From a virus (Duplodnaviria > Caudoviricetes), in IMG/VR virus record IMGVR_UViG_3300033412_000062, positions 1 through 24,150 of that record: 24,150 nucleotides of DNA; one strand, written 5' to 3'. Positions within the stretch are counted from its first letter, which is position 1. Every line of letters starts with the position of its first letter. The translations under genes were made by a program, and so were the position numbers. Positions 1-7,943 of the stretch are shown piece after piece. The notes beneath the pieces are model-generated. The model was not told the DNA's origin. It did no database searches and was given only the letters and a program-made list of their open reading frames with translations.

Positions 1-114
1 CCCGAAGGCCAACACCAGCACAAAGCTCACAATGCCAGCCATGATCACCCAGCCCCAGCTATAGAGACCGAGGAAGGGCTGATCTTCGCGGAGGAAGGCG
101 CGGAATCGGGTCAT
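1..114 (-). CDS. Small membrane protein, partial (runs off the window)
   Basis: ATGA overlap with the stop of 111..341. Translates MTRFRAFLREDQPFLGLYSWGWVIMAGIVSFVLVLAFG, with a hydrophobic stretch. Confidence 0.6.
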   Translation of the reverse strand, partial: MTRFRAFLREDQPFLGLYSWGWVIMAGIVSFVLVLAFG

Positions 115-341
115 GCGCAGCGCTCCTTAAGCATCGCGTCTGCCTGCTCATAGGCGAACCTGGCGCGCGCCGCTTGAATTTCAAAATCAAAAACCTTGCC
201 GCCGTCAGAGGCTTTGTAAGATGGAGTCCACGTCCCCATCGCGATAAGTGCCTGACCGGCGAAATAATCGCGTAGCGTCATGCCATAATCGACAACGCCG
301 TCGATGCCAGATACAAAAAATGCTTGTCCGCTATTGTCCAT
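111..341 (-). CDS. Conserved phage hypothetical protein (GMTLRDYFA family)
   Basis: GMTLRDYFAGQAL...AYEQADAML motif typical of small phage proteins; coupled to the next gene. Confidence 0.8.
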   Translation of the reverse strand: MDNSGQAFFVSGIDGVVDYGMTLRDYFAGQALIAMGTWTPSYKASDGGKVFDFEIQAARARFAYEQADAMLKERCA

Positions 342-371
342 GGCGCAATGCCTCGTTGAGGAGTGAGAGGG

Positions 372-521
372 TTACGACAAGAAGATCAGCAGCGGCATGC
401 AGAACCACAGCCACCACGCATCGGTCATGTAAAAGGCCATCCCGATTCCGAACGGGATGCAACCGGCGAGGGCGGCTACCAGGCAGTTCATTCCCCACGA
501 TACCAATCTGTCTTGCGTCAT
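372..521 (-). CDS. Small two-TM membrane protein (49 aa)
   Basis: ATGA overlap at 518-521; hydrophobic MTQDRLVSWG...WWLWFCMPLLIFLS. Confidence 0.6.
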   Translation of the reverse strand: MTQDRLVSWGMNCLVAALAGCIPFGIGMAFYMTDAWWLWFCMPLLIFLS

Positions 522-739
522 CGATCTCCCTCCGCTTCGCAGATAAAACCGCCTGCACCTGCACAGGTCTGGCAGGTGATGGCGTGAGCGCACGGCGGAT
601 CAATCGACCACTTGCTGACGCTCTCCCAGACCTCGATTGCGCCTTCGCCTTGGCAGTCCGCGCACTCTTCCCAGACCTCGGGAGGCTCGCCTGCGTTGAG
701 CATTTCAAGCTCTAAATCTCGTTCGAATGCGCGGCCCAT
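518..739 (-). CDS. DnaJ-type CxxCxGxG zinc-finger protein (73 aa)
   Basis: CADCQGEG and CQTCAGAG motifs. The ATG at 739 avoids overlap with the AAA gene. Confidence 0.7.
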   Translation of the reverse strand: MGRAFERDLELEMLNAGEPPEVWEECADCQGEGAIEVWESVSKWSIDPPCAHAITCQTCAGAGGFICEAEGDR

Positions 740-767
740 GGTCAGGTTCCGGCTGTGAGAAAGAAAC

Positions 768-1751
768 CTAGAAGCGGCGTTTGGCTTGGTGGATGAAGCC
801 GACGTTGCCGCGCTCTCCACCGAGGCCATCGGATTCGATACGGTTCTGTCGCATGCTGTCCAAGCGCTCGAATACCGCGTTCTCGTCCTGGTCGAAGCAC
901 TTGATGGCGATAATCACTTCCCGCAAATGAGCAATGCTGTAGTCCTCTGTCTGCTTCACCCAGCGATCCAGCGTCGCGTTATCAAGCGAGGGCTCTTTGG
1001 CCTTGAAGTAGACGCGCCGGGCCTGAGCTGACGGCATGCCAACGCGCATGATAGTGTCGAAGCGCGACGGGCGATCGACAAAGCGCCGGTCGAGATACTC
1101 GGGATAATTCGTCGTGGCGACGTGGACGACGTTCGAAATCTGGGTTTCGCCGTCGAGGAGTGCCAGAAAGCCATGGTCGCCATGGCGCTGAACGAGTGCG
1201 TCCAAATCCTCCATGATGGTGATCATGGGACGCTCTGGTTCAATCCTTCGAAGTAGGCCGACGCAAATGCTTGCAAGATTGGGGTCTTCAACGAAGACGA
1301 CGATGCCCCTGTGTAGCCTGACGAGGGCCTGCGTCATCTGCCAAATTGCGCTCGTCTTGCCGCTGCCGGGAGGTCCCCACATCAGCATGCCGCGTTTGAA
1401 CGTGAAGCCGCGATCAGAAAAATTGTTGCGAAGAGTCCAGAACTTCTTGAACTCGGCCAAGAGCGTTTCGACGGCGCTGTCCGGAAGCTCCAGAAGGCTA
1501 TCGATCTCGATCGGCATTTTCTCCAAGAATGGCCCCTGTTGAGAGGCCCGGCATCGGTATGCCCCCGGCGGAAGTTCGCTGACGACTTCAGAGACCGGGA
1601 AGAAGGCGTCACCGCTCTGAGCCCAGCAGCGCGCACTGGCGGCAATACTGGCCCAGTTGCTGTCTGGCATCGAAGTCGGCGCGACCTCAAGACCATGAGG
1701 ATTGCCAGCTCGGTTCGCCATTGTCCCTACGATCGCAGCAAAATCAGACAT
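768..1751 (-). CDS. AAA+ ATPase (classic AAA clade, BCS1/FtsH-like ATPase domain, no protease domain)
   Basis: Walker A GPPGSGKT, Walker B ITIMEDLD, SRH TTNYPEYLDRRFVDRPSRFD. Confidence 0.9.
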   Translation of the reverse strand: MSDFAAIVGTMANRAGNPHGLEVAPTSMPDSNWASIAASARCWAQSGDAFFPVSEVVSELPPGAYRCRASQQGPFLEKMPIEIDSLLELPDSAVETLLAEFKKFWTLRNNFSDRGFTFKRGMLMWGPPGSGKTSAIWQMTQALVRLHRGIVVFVEDPNLASICVGLLRRIEPERPMITIMEDLDALVQRHGDHGFLALLDGETQISNVVHVATTNYPEYLDRRFVDRPSRFDTIMRVGMPSAQARRVYFKAKEPSLDNATLDRWVKQTEDYSIAHLREVIIAIKCFDQDENAVFERLDSMRQNRIESDGLGGERGNVGFIHQAKRRF

Positions 1752-1806
1752 TCAATTCCCCTGTTGCAAAAATGAGATACGTGCACTGTTCATCCAGGAA
1801 TGCGGC

Positions 1807-2613
1807 CTAGTTTCCGCATATTCCTTCACATTCGTTGTTAAAAAGGTTGATCTGGTTATCGACCTTCGAAAGGTCGGCCTCGCCAAGAGGCACAGCCTGT
1901 CGATGCAGAAACGATGGCTTCTTGAACATCGCCAGCCCGTCTTCAGAACGAAGACGCGCGTCAATCTGGATGGCCCTTGCCCAGCCCTTCGGGTCTCCGT
2001 CGCGCAACGCCTGCCATTGCTTATTTGTTTTGTAGGGGCAGAAAACACACGACGACTTCGGGGGAATGGGATAGCCGTGATCTTGGAGCCAGTTCGTGCA
2101 ATCCCATCGGCTCATATGCTTCTCAATGAGCGGGTCGCGGCGGATGATATACCGTTGGCGAGAGGGGGTGACGCGAATGATCTCGTCGGTAGAAATGCCA
2201 ACCCAACTCTCGATTGTCCCAGGCGCGATGTAGCTGCGCGGCCCAACTTTGAGGAGTTCACGCAATTTGCGTCGGATCGGATCGAGCTTGTAGTTACGGG
2301 TGCATTGGCGTTGCAACATTCCCATGTCGCCGTGGGCCGGGATTCGAGCCTCCTTGTCGTCAAACAATCGATCGCCAAGGGGGCCGGTATTGATGACATG
2401 AACCGGGAAGGGCAGGACGTTGCCTGACATGAGCCAGCGAAGATGGTCATAGACGGCTTCCGGCTCCTCGCCAGTGTCGGCAAAGATCGCGCAATCCGGC
2501 ATCGGGCCGATCTCACCATGCGCAGCCATCAGAACAAGCGTCGTGCTTTGGACGCCAGCGCCAAGGCTGACGACGCGGAGCTTAACGGTAGATGGCGTCG
2601 AGGCATTTTGCAC
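1807..2613 (-). CDS. PAPS-reductase-like / adenine nucleotide alpha-hydrolase family phage protein
   Basis: PP-loop-like VVSLGAGVQST, FADTG, CTxxYK, SSCVFCPY and C-terminal ECEGICG. Confidence 0.8.
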   Translation of the reverse strand: MQNASTPSTVKLRVVSLGAGVQSTTLVLMAAHGEIGPMPDCAIFADTGEEPEAVYDHLRWLMSGNVLPFPVHVINTGPLGDRLFDDKEARIPAHGDMGMLQRQCTRNYKLDPIRRKLRELLKVGPRSYIAPGTIESWVGISTDEIIRVTPSRQRYIIRRDPLIEKHMSRWDCTNWLQDHGYPIPPKSSCVFCPYKTNKQWQALRDGDPKGWARAIQIDARLRSEDGLAMFKKPSFLHRQAVPLGEADLSKVDNQINLFNNECEGICGN

Positions 2614-2728
2614 AGGTAACGTCTTTCTCTTGTCTAGTCAGTGCTGCATCGCACTTGATGATCCGGCCGCAGAGCGCGCGTCGGCCAAGCGTGTAGTGAC
2701 CCCAATGAATCTTCATTCCCTTTGCCAT
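2582..2728 (-). CDS. Small putative zinc-binding protein (48 aa), not in the ORF track
   Basis: MAKGMKIHWGHYTLGRRALCGRIIKCDAALTRQEKDVTCAKCLDAIYR; H...C...CxxC pattern. Confidence 0.6.
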   Translation of the reverse strand: MAKGMKIHWGHYTLGRRALCGRIIKCDAALTRQEKDVTCAKCLDAIYR

Positions 2729-2755
2729 GGTCTCACTCACTCAGCGAGAGTGTCC

Positions 2756-2905
2756 CTATGCCACCGCGATCAGCTGATCAATTGCCGCGGCAACTTTCGT
2801 CTTCAGCGCGTCGAACGGATGCTCGTCGGTCCACCTGATGCATTCGCGGATCGCCTTCTGCGCATTCCACGTCGACTTGATCTGATCGGCGCGCGTCGCG
2901 GTCAA
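2756..2905 (-). CDS. Hypothetical protein (49 aa), not in the ORF track
   Basis: TTGA overlap with the stop of 2902..3510; GC3-rich codons; MTATRADQIKSTWNAQKAIRECIRW... Confidence 0.5.
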   Translation of the reverse strand: MTATRADQIKSTWNAQKAIRECIRWTDEHPFDALKTKVAAAIDQLIAVA

Positions 2906-3510
2906 TCATTGCCGCCCCCCTCGCTTGCGTCGTGCTCGATGTACCGCGGGGGCCGGCCCGCCTCGTCCAAATCCTTCATCAGCAGGCTGAGGACATTCCA
3001 CGGGCTATCCTGCCCGCCTGGTTGGTTCCCCGTCATCACAGCGGCAAGGCGAGGATGGCAGAACGGGGCACACCGAGCGGCCACATCGACGGTTAAGAGC
3101 GCGTATTCCTTAACCATTTGCTCGGAATGGGAAACGGCCGCTTCATAGACGGCGCGCTGCTCTGGCGTTTTTGCGGCCGCAGCGCGTTGCATATTTTCAC
3201 CCATAACCTGATGGTATTCGTGGGTGGTTTCCTCGAAATAGTGCATCATGCCGAGCATGACCTCCTTTGGGAGGCGCAGGTTCTCGCCCGAGGCCATCCG
3301 ATAGGCTTCCAGCTGCCGCTCGGTCTGGGCAGGAGGCACCTTGGCGCGGATCACACTGGCCAGGACCGGATCATCAAATGCCACCGGCTTGAGACCGGCC
3401 CGCTTCGCCGCCTTGCGGACGTTCGTATGCGGTCTGCCCGTCGGATGGGCCCGTTTTGGCCGATTCGGGTTAGCGCTGCCGCGCCGCTCGCCTTTCCTAC
3501 TTCCCGGCAT
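2902..3510 (-). CDS. Terminase small subunit-like protein
   Basis: Basic N-terminus KGERRG..NP..GRP and C-terminal AARCAPFCHPRLAAV, resembling the AAPYxHPRL motif of putative TerS proteins; RBS GGAGGG. Confidence 0.5.
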   Translation of the reverse strand: MPGSRKGERRGSANPNRPKRAHPTGRPHTNVRKAAKRAGLKPVAFDDPVLASVIRAKVPPAQTERQLEAYRMASGENLRLPKEVMLGMMHYFEETTHEYHQVMGENMQRAAAAKTPEQRAVYEAAVSHSEQMVKEYALLTVDVAARCAPFCHPRLAAVMTGNQPGGQDSPWNVLSLLMKDLDEAGRPPRYIEHDASEGGGND

Positions 3511-3575
3511 CTTCCCTCCGAACGACGCCCATTGATGCTTCTCCTACTCCTCTCGACCATCATGGCCGAGAAACC

Positions 3576-3671
3576 CTAATGCGTCCCGAAATACCAGAAC
3601 GCGACGACCGCGACCGCGACCAGCGCCGCCAGCAGCAGGATCACCGGCAGATCGGCGCCAGCGCGCGGCAT
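3576..3671 (-). CDS. Single-TM micro-protein (31 aa), not in the ORF track
   Basis: TAATG overlap with the HAD gene; MPRAGADLPVILLLAALVAVAVVAFWYFGTH. Confidence 0.6.
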   Translation of the reverse strand: MPRAGADLPVILLLAALVAVAVVAFWYFGTH

Positions 3672-4069
3672 TATCGCTTATTCCACGGCTTGAAATTGCG
3701 CAGATCCCCGATCGCCGGCCATTCGCCAGTAAACTGAATCGCCCGATCATCGATCGACACGAACGCGGCCGGCTTCTCCGTCGGCCACTGAATCATACCC
3801 CAGGTTCCGTGATCGAAGTCAGGCGCCATTCCGTGCACAGGATCCACCGACCACCGGCCGATATATTCGCGCATCGCCTGTTGCCCGCCCTCCTGATGCG
3901 ATCGAGAGCTAAAAATGGCGACCGTGAAAAACTCCGTTGCCGCAGCGAGGAATTGCAGCGCACCAGGCACCGGCGGATCCGGGATCACCGCCGCGCCCTT
4001 CCAACCGCTCGAATAGCTATGAATTACCCCGTCGAAATCGACACACAAAATCGGCTTGGACATGCTCAT
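3671..4069 (-). CDS. HAD-superfamily phosphatase (capless, phage PNK-phosphatase-like)
   Basis: Motif I VDFDGVI, motif II FSSR, Lys in TEKP, motif IV IDDRA. Confidence 0.85.
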   Translation of the reverse strand: MSMSKPILCVDFDGVIHSYSSGWKGAAVIPDPPVPGALQFLAAATEFFTVAIFSSRSHQEGGQQAMREYIGRWSVDPVHGMAPDFDHGTWGMIQWPTEKPAAFVSIDDRAIQFTGEWPAIGDLRNFKPWNKR

Positions 4070-4329
4070 GCTCCCTTGAGATTTTGTTCCGCTTGCTTGC
4101 GGAAAACGTCTGCACGCATCCGCTCGAGCTCACCCTGCACAGCCTCGATGATCTCGCCGACCGTGGTGCCGGGCGGCAAACCGATGCTGACGCGGCCGGT
4201 GATGATGCCATAGCAGGCCTGAAACCCGCCGACGAACGAGAGCTCGTCGACCGAAAGCCCCTGCCGACGCTGGACCTCGCAGAACACGTCGAAGGCCCGA
4301 TCAATCACGTTGTTTTCGACAACCATCAC
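4066..4329 (-). CDS. Hypothetical protein
   Basis: ATGA coupling to the HAD gene; fits operon packing. Confidence 0.7.
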   Translation of the reverse strand: MMVVENNVIDRAFDVFCEVQRRQGLSVDELSFVGGFQACYGIITGRVSIGLPPGTTVGEIIEAVQGELERMRADVFRKQAEQNLKGA

Positions 4330-4548
4330 TCACCTTTCCATGTCCGCACTATAGCATTTCCCGTCAGGCCGCGGCTTGAACCAGATCCCGCGCGCCCAGC
4401 ACATCGGAGAGCCGCCAGACAGGCCCTCGACAATCTCCGACGGTAGCGGCGCCGCCGAGACCTGCGGCCGCACATGCCGACGATCGGCGCGTGCCGCCAC
4501 GACCAGGATCACGCCGACAAAGATCGCCGCGACAATGGCCCCGCGCAC
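4330..4548 (-). CDS. Membrane-anchored or secreted small protein
   Basis: GTG just after the 4550 stop; hydrophobic N-terminus GAIVAAIFVGVILVV; two Cys. Confidence 0.55.
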   Translation of the reverse strand: MRGAIVAAIFVGVILVVAARADRRHVRPQVSAAPLPSEIVEGLSGGSPMCWARGIWFKPRPDGKCYSADMER

Positions 4549-4549
4549 A

Positions 4550-4771
4550 TCAGCGCCCGACCCACGCCGGATCGAAAACCTTGATGAACGAATTCGGCTC
4601 GCCGCGCCAAAGACGCCCTTTCTCATCCGCCCACACTCCCTGCAGCCTCAATTGCTGCATCGTGAACGGCCGGGATATCTCGACCCGATCCTCGCCGCGC
4701 CGCAGCGCCTCGATCGCCTCCCGTTCGTCCGCCTTTATTTGCGCCAGATGATCTACGGAGCCGCTGCTCAT
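4550..4771 (-). CDS. Hypothetical protein (73 aa)
   Basis: RBS GAGG upstream; fits operon packing. Confidence 0.6.
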   Translation of the reverse strand: MSSGSVDHLAQIKADEREAIEALRRGEDRVEISRPFTMQQLRLQGVWADEKGRLWRGEPNSFIKVFDPAWVGR

Positions 4772-5009
4772 TTTTCCTCGCCCTCAATTCCGGGTTGACC
4801 CAATAACTCACCGTCGACGGATGACAGCCGAGCAGTTTGCCAACCACGACGCATCCGATTTTCTCCGCCGCTGCTCGCCTGCAGACCGCCGCCCGAGCGC
4901 GCACGATCGAACGGCGCATCGAGCGGCTGCAAATATCGCGGCGCCCGATTTTGAACTTCTGCTCGACCTCGGCCAAAATCTCCCGAGCGCGCTGCCATTT
5001 GCGCGCCAT
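4623..5009 (-). CDS. DnaA C-terminal (domain IV)-like HTH protein
   Basis: EILAEVEQKFKIGRRDICSRSMRRSIVRAR...VGKLLGCHPSTVSY resembles Bac_DnaA_C. The 3' end overlaps the next gene by about 150 nt. Confidence 0.6.
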   Translation of the reverse strand: MARKWQRAREILAEVEQKFKIGRRDICSRSMRRSIVRARAAVCRRAAAEKIGCVVVGKLLGCHPSTVSYWVNPELRARKNEQRLRRSSGANKGGRTGGDRGAAARRGSGRDIPAVHDAAIEAAGSVGG

Positions 5010-5019
5010 TATCCCGCCC

Positions 5020-5253
5020 CTACGCCTCGCCATCAATAACCTCCGCCGGCGGAAAACGCCGGTATCGCTTCCAGTAGGCATGCAGTCGACCGAGCCGCTC
5101 CTGCAGATCGGCCGCCATGTTGCGCTCGCCGATCTCGACCAAGCGAATAGATTTGAACGTCTCGCGACCGCCCTTGTAGCCGAGCATAACACCAAGCTGG
5201 CGCCGACTCAGGCCCATTTCCCTCCGCGCGGCCGCGATCTCGTCGCCTGTCAT
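5020..5253 (-). CDS. XRE-family HTH protein
   Basis: MTGDEIAAARREMGLSRRQLGVMLG...IRLVEIGER; ATGA overlap at 5250-5253. Confidence 0.75.
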   Translation of the reverse strand: MTGDEIAAARREMGLSRRQLGVMLGYKGGRETFKSIRLVEIGERNMAADLQERLGRLHAYWKRYRRFPPAEVIDGEA

Positions 5254-5408
5254 TTCCACCACCAGATTTCCCAGAAATCGCGCATAGCGCCCCGAGCGAT
5301 CACAGAGGCCTCGCCAGCTGACCAGCCCTCACGGCGCGCGTTCGCATAGGCCGCGCTTCCGAGCGCTTGCGCCTTCACCCATAGCCAGCGGCATTGATGA
5401 TCCGTCAC
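5250..5408 (-). CDS. Hypothetical protein (52 aa, Trp-rich)
   Basis: GTGA and ATGA coupling on both sides. Confidence 0.55.
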   Translation of the reverse strand: MTDHQCRWLWVKAQALGSAAYANARREGWSAGEASVIARGAMRDFWEIWWWK

Positions 5409-5638
5409 CGCATGTGCTCCGCGCGATACTTCTGGCCTTCTGGCGTGCGCAGCCATTCGGCGAACTCGGCCTCGTCCTCCGCCGCCTCGTGCAGCGCGTC
5501 GATCGCCTCTTGCTCTGTTGCCCCATGGCCAATCGGGCAACCGGGCTCGTATCCGTCGAAGGTCGCCTGATAGTCGAACTGCCGGATTGGAATCGGAGGA
5601 TAGATAAATTCGCAATGGATGATGCGATAGCCGATCAT
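5405..5638 (-). CDS. Hypothetical phage protein
   Basis: Coupled overlaps; GHGATEQEAIDAL resembles a HicB-like N-terminal fold motif. Confidence 0.7.
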   Translation of the reverse strand: MIGYRIIHCEFIYPPIPIRQFDYQATFDGYEPGCPIGHGATEQEAIDALHEAAEDEAEFAEWLRTPEGQKYRAEHMR

Positions 5639-5841
5639 GCCAGCCTCCGCAGGCGCGAAATCACCTCGTCAATCGCCTCATTCTTGGCGATCTGCGCATC
5701 TTCATCGTCGCCACCAGCAAATGGCACGCGTTTTTCGAGCTCCGCCGCCTTGATGCAGGCCGTGATCGTGGAGGCCCTCACCGAGTCCGCCAGTTCGCGC
5801 AGAACCTTGTCGAGTTTTTCCTCGGAAATTTCGACCATCAC
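5635..5841 (-). CDS. Hypothetical protein
   Basis: ATGA overlaps on both sides. Confidence 0.7.
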   Translation of the reverse strand: MMVEISEEKLDKVLRELADSVRASTITACIKAAELEKRVPFAGGDDEDAQIAKNEAIDEVISRLRRLA

Positions 5842-6032
5842 ATCCCCCGCAGCCAGAGGAATTTGGGCGCTGCCGGCCGAGCCAGCGCCGCCGCCACGAA
5901 CCGATCCGTTTCGATTTTCGCGTAGACGCGGCGAAGGCCGAACACCATCGCCTCACGATAGGAAATGCGCTTGGCGGCGACGATCTTCCTCGCCTCCGCG
6001 TGCGCCGCTTTCATGATCTCGGAATTGGTCAT
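5838..6032 (-). CDS. Small basic phage protein
   Basis: MTNSEIMKAAH...ISYREAMVFGLR pattern common in early phage genes. Confidence 0.7.
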   Translation of the reverse strand: MTNSEIMKAAHAEARKIVAAKRISYREAMVFGLRRVYAKIETDRFVAAALARPAAPKFLWLRGM

Positions 6033-6035
6033 GGC

Positions 6036-6326
6036 TCAAGCCTCCGTCAGCACGCGGATGGAAATGGCGAGCGAATCCACCATATCGACATAGGTCAAAT
6101 CCTCCGGATTTTGATCGCGGAGAATGGCACCGACGAAATATTTGAGAGGCGATGCAATTACTCCCTCGACCTGACCAAAATCGAGAGAATCAGCGGTTTC
6201 AGCAAGCACGTTCAGCGCATCATCGCCAACGATCTCATAGCGATCTTCGCCGTTCCAGCGGTAATAGGCGCCGACGATTGCGAAGGCGAGAGCGAGAGCG
6301 CGGCGGGTTGGCGAAATATCAGACAT
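6036..6326 (-). CDS. Hypothetical protein, first gene after the leftward promoter
   Basis: RBS GGGAGA upstream of the ATG. Confidence 0.7.
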   Translation of the reverse strand: MSDISPTRRALALAFAIVGAYYRWNGEDRYEIVGDDALNVLAETADSLDFGQVEGVIASPLKYFVGAILRDQNPEDLTYVDMVDSLAISIRVLTEA

Positions 6327-6330
6327 CAGT

Positions 6331-6412
6331 TTCTCCCGAAGGTTAGGGCGCGGTGCCCTGCTGGAATACGGCCATCATAGGGGCCGTATCCGCAATGTCA
6401 ATATTTATTTTC
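6331..6412 (-). promoter_or_regulatory. Sigma70-type promoter plus conserved leader (copy 1)
   Basis: AT-rich UP-like element, TTGACA (6401-6396), 16 bp spacer, TATGAT (6379-6374). An 8-bp inverted repeat ATACGGCC/GGCCGTAT flanks the -10. Leader is CAGGGCACCGCGCCCTAACCTTCGGGAGA. Confidence 0.8.
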
Positions 6413-7943
6413 AGGGAATGGCGTCAACCATCGCAATACGCTGGCCAAGCCAGCGCATCACATTTACCGCCATACTATTTCCTAGCGACTTATAGCGCGG
6501 ACCATCCGGCGACCCGTTCTTGCCCCGCCACGGAATGTTGGTGAACCCATCCGGAAAACCTTGCAGTCGCTCGCATTCGGTCGGCGTCAGGCGCCGCACC
6601 ACCCACCGCGTCGCGATGTGCCACGGCTTCACCGTGTCGAGGGTGCCGGCGACATCTTCCATCGCCGTCGGCGCCCGCGTGTAGCCGCGGCCGTCATCGC
6701 CACGGAATCGATTCTGCCAGGCGAGCAGCGGCTCGACCTCATGAGCAATTGCGATCTGCCCACCACCGTTCGCATGCGATCCAGCGTGCCCCATCGCACG
6801 CAAAGTCGGCGCGATCTCGCTAGCATCGTTGCCGTAGTCCTTTTGGGAAAATGCTATCGTCGGCGGCCGCGCACCAGACGCCAGCGCATGCGACGGCGCG
6901 CCCGCCTGCGGCTGCGATCTGTTTTCCGGATGCGTGATCTGCGTCTCGTCGAAAACCAGTGGCTCGCCAATCATGGTTTGCCCCTCGTCCATCGTGGTGT
7001 TGACGCCCTTGTGCATCCGGGCTGTGAGAGGGTTTGCCACCTCTGGCGCAAGAACCGGCACGTAAGTTTCAAGATCGGCCGCATTCGCAGCAGCCCGACC
7101 TCGCGCCGCCGAAAGCGTCATCGACACCTCCGGCACCAGCGGCGTGCCGCGACCTGTGCCGTCCTCGCTCGCGTCGAATCCATCCGCCCGCAAGGCATGC
7201 GCAACGTCCGGAATCAATCCTCCATCGAGATCGAAGTCGGTACCGAGTCCGCCACTGCCTGTAGGGCGCGAGCTAATTGTTGGGGCAACTCTTTCCCCCG
7301 ATTGACGGCGCGGCGCAGGATTCCCCGACAGGCTTTCGCGCTCAAATAATACTGCGGCGGCACGCCGCCAGTCTCCAAGATATCCGACAACGAACACACG
7401 CCGTCGTCGTTGAGGGACAGCCCGTCCAAACCCGTCCACTCGGATAAACTGAGCGTCAAGCACGCGCCATGCGAGGCCGTACGCGCCTGCGTACCCTTCG
7501 ACAATCCCCGCAGACCGCCAGCCGTCTCGAGGGACTTCGACGCGGCGACCGGACAGGAGTCCCAGAAGGCTTGCAAAGCTGCGTCCTCCGTCGTCCGAAA
7601 GGACACCGGGGACGTTCTCCCACGCCAACCAGCGGGGGCGATACTTCCGAGCAATTGCGCCATAGGTAAGCATGAGCGAACCACGAGGGTCATCCAATCC
7701 CTCTCTGAGCCCGGCGACGGAGAACGACTGGCAGGGCGATCCGCCGACGAGAACATCGAGAGTTGCATCAGGCCATTCCTCGAATTTGGTGACGTCGCCA
7801 AGATTCGGCACGTCCGGATAATGAAACTTCAAGACCGCAGAGGGAAATTTGTCGCTTTCGGCATAGGCCCACGGCTGCCAGCCGAGCGGATGCCAGGCGG
7901 CCGTTGCCGCCTCGATGCCGCTAAACAGCGAAAGGTACCTCAT
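6411..7943 (-). CDS. dcm: DNA (cytosine-5)-methyltransferase
   Basis: Motif I LFSGIEA, IV GGSPCQSFS, VI WENVPG, VIII QRRRRVF, IX RRLTPTECERLQGFPD, X LGNSM. Start set at MRYLSL (ATGA overlap with 7940). Confidence 0.95.
   Translation of the reverse strand: MRYLSLFSGIEAATAAWHPLGWQPWAYAESDKFPSAVLKFHYPDVPNLGDVTKFEEWPDATLDVLVGGSPCQSFSVAGLREGLDDPRGSLMLTYGAIARKYRPRWLAWENVPGVLSDDGGRSFASLLGLLSGRRVEVPRDGWRSAGIVEGYAGAYGLAWRVLDAQFIRVDGFGRAVPQRRRRVFVVGYLGDWRRAAAVLFERESLSGNPAPRRQSGERVAPTISSRPTGSGGLGTDFDLDGGLIPDVAHALRADGFDASEDGTGRGTPLVPEVSMTLSAARGRAAANAADLETYVPVLAPEVANPLTARMHKGVNTTMDEGQTMIGEPLVFDETQITHPENRSQPQAGAPSHALASGARPPTIAFSQKDYGNDASEIAPTLRAMGHAGSHANGGGQIAIAHEVEPLLAWQNRFRGDDGRGYTRAPTAMEDVAGTLDTVKPWHIATRWVVRRLTPTECERLQGFPDGFTNIPWRGKNGSPDGPRYKSLGNSMAVNVMRWLGQRIAMVDAIP
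7214..7768 (-). CDS. Overprinted alternative-frame ORF inside the C5 MTase (M.EcoHK31I beta-like)
   Basis: 184-aa ORF with GAGGA upstream of MQLSMF; C-terminal CSLSDILETGGVPPQYYLSAKACRGILRRAVNRGKELP. Confidence 0.6.
   Translation of the reverse strand: MQLSMFSSADRPASRSPSPGSERDWMTLVVRSCLPMAQLLGSIAPAGWRGRTSPVSFRTTEDAALQAFWDSCPVAASKSLETAGGLRGLSKGTQARTASHGACLTLSLSEWTGLDGLSLNDDGVCSLSDILETGGVPPQYYLSAKACRGILRRAVNRGKELPQQLARALQAVADSVPTSISMED

Noticed and set aside
1807-2613. Complete Dnd phosphorothioation system
   Set aside because: No dndA/B/D/E or ssp genes; the AAA protein is not SMC-like DndD.
1702-3148. Long plus-strand ORFs (241 and 224 aa)
   Set aside because: Antisense to well-supported minus-strand genes and lacking motifs.
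4768-4998. 76-aa alternative-frame ORF
   Set aside because: It has an ATGA overlap but no motif; the overlapping frame encodes a recognisable DnaA_C-like HTH.
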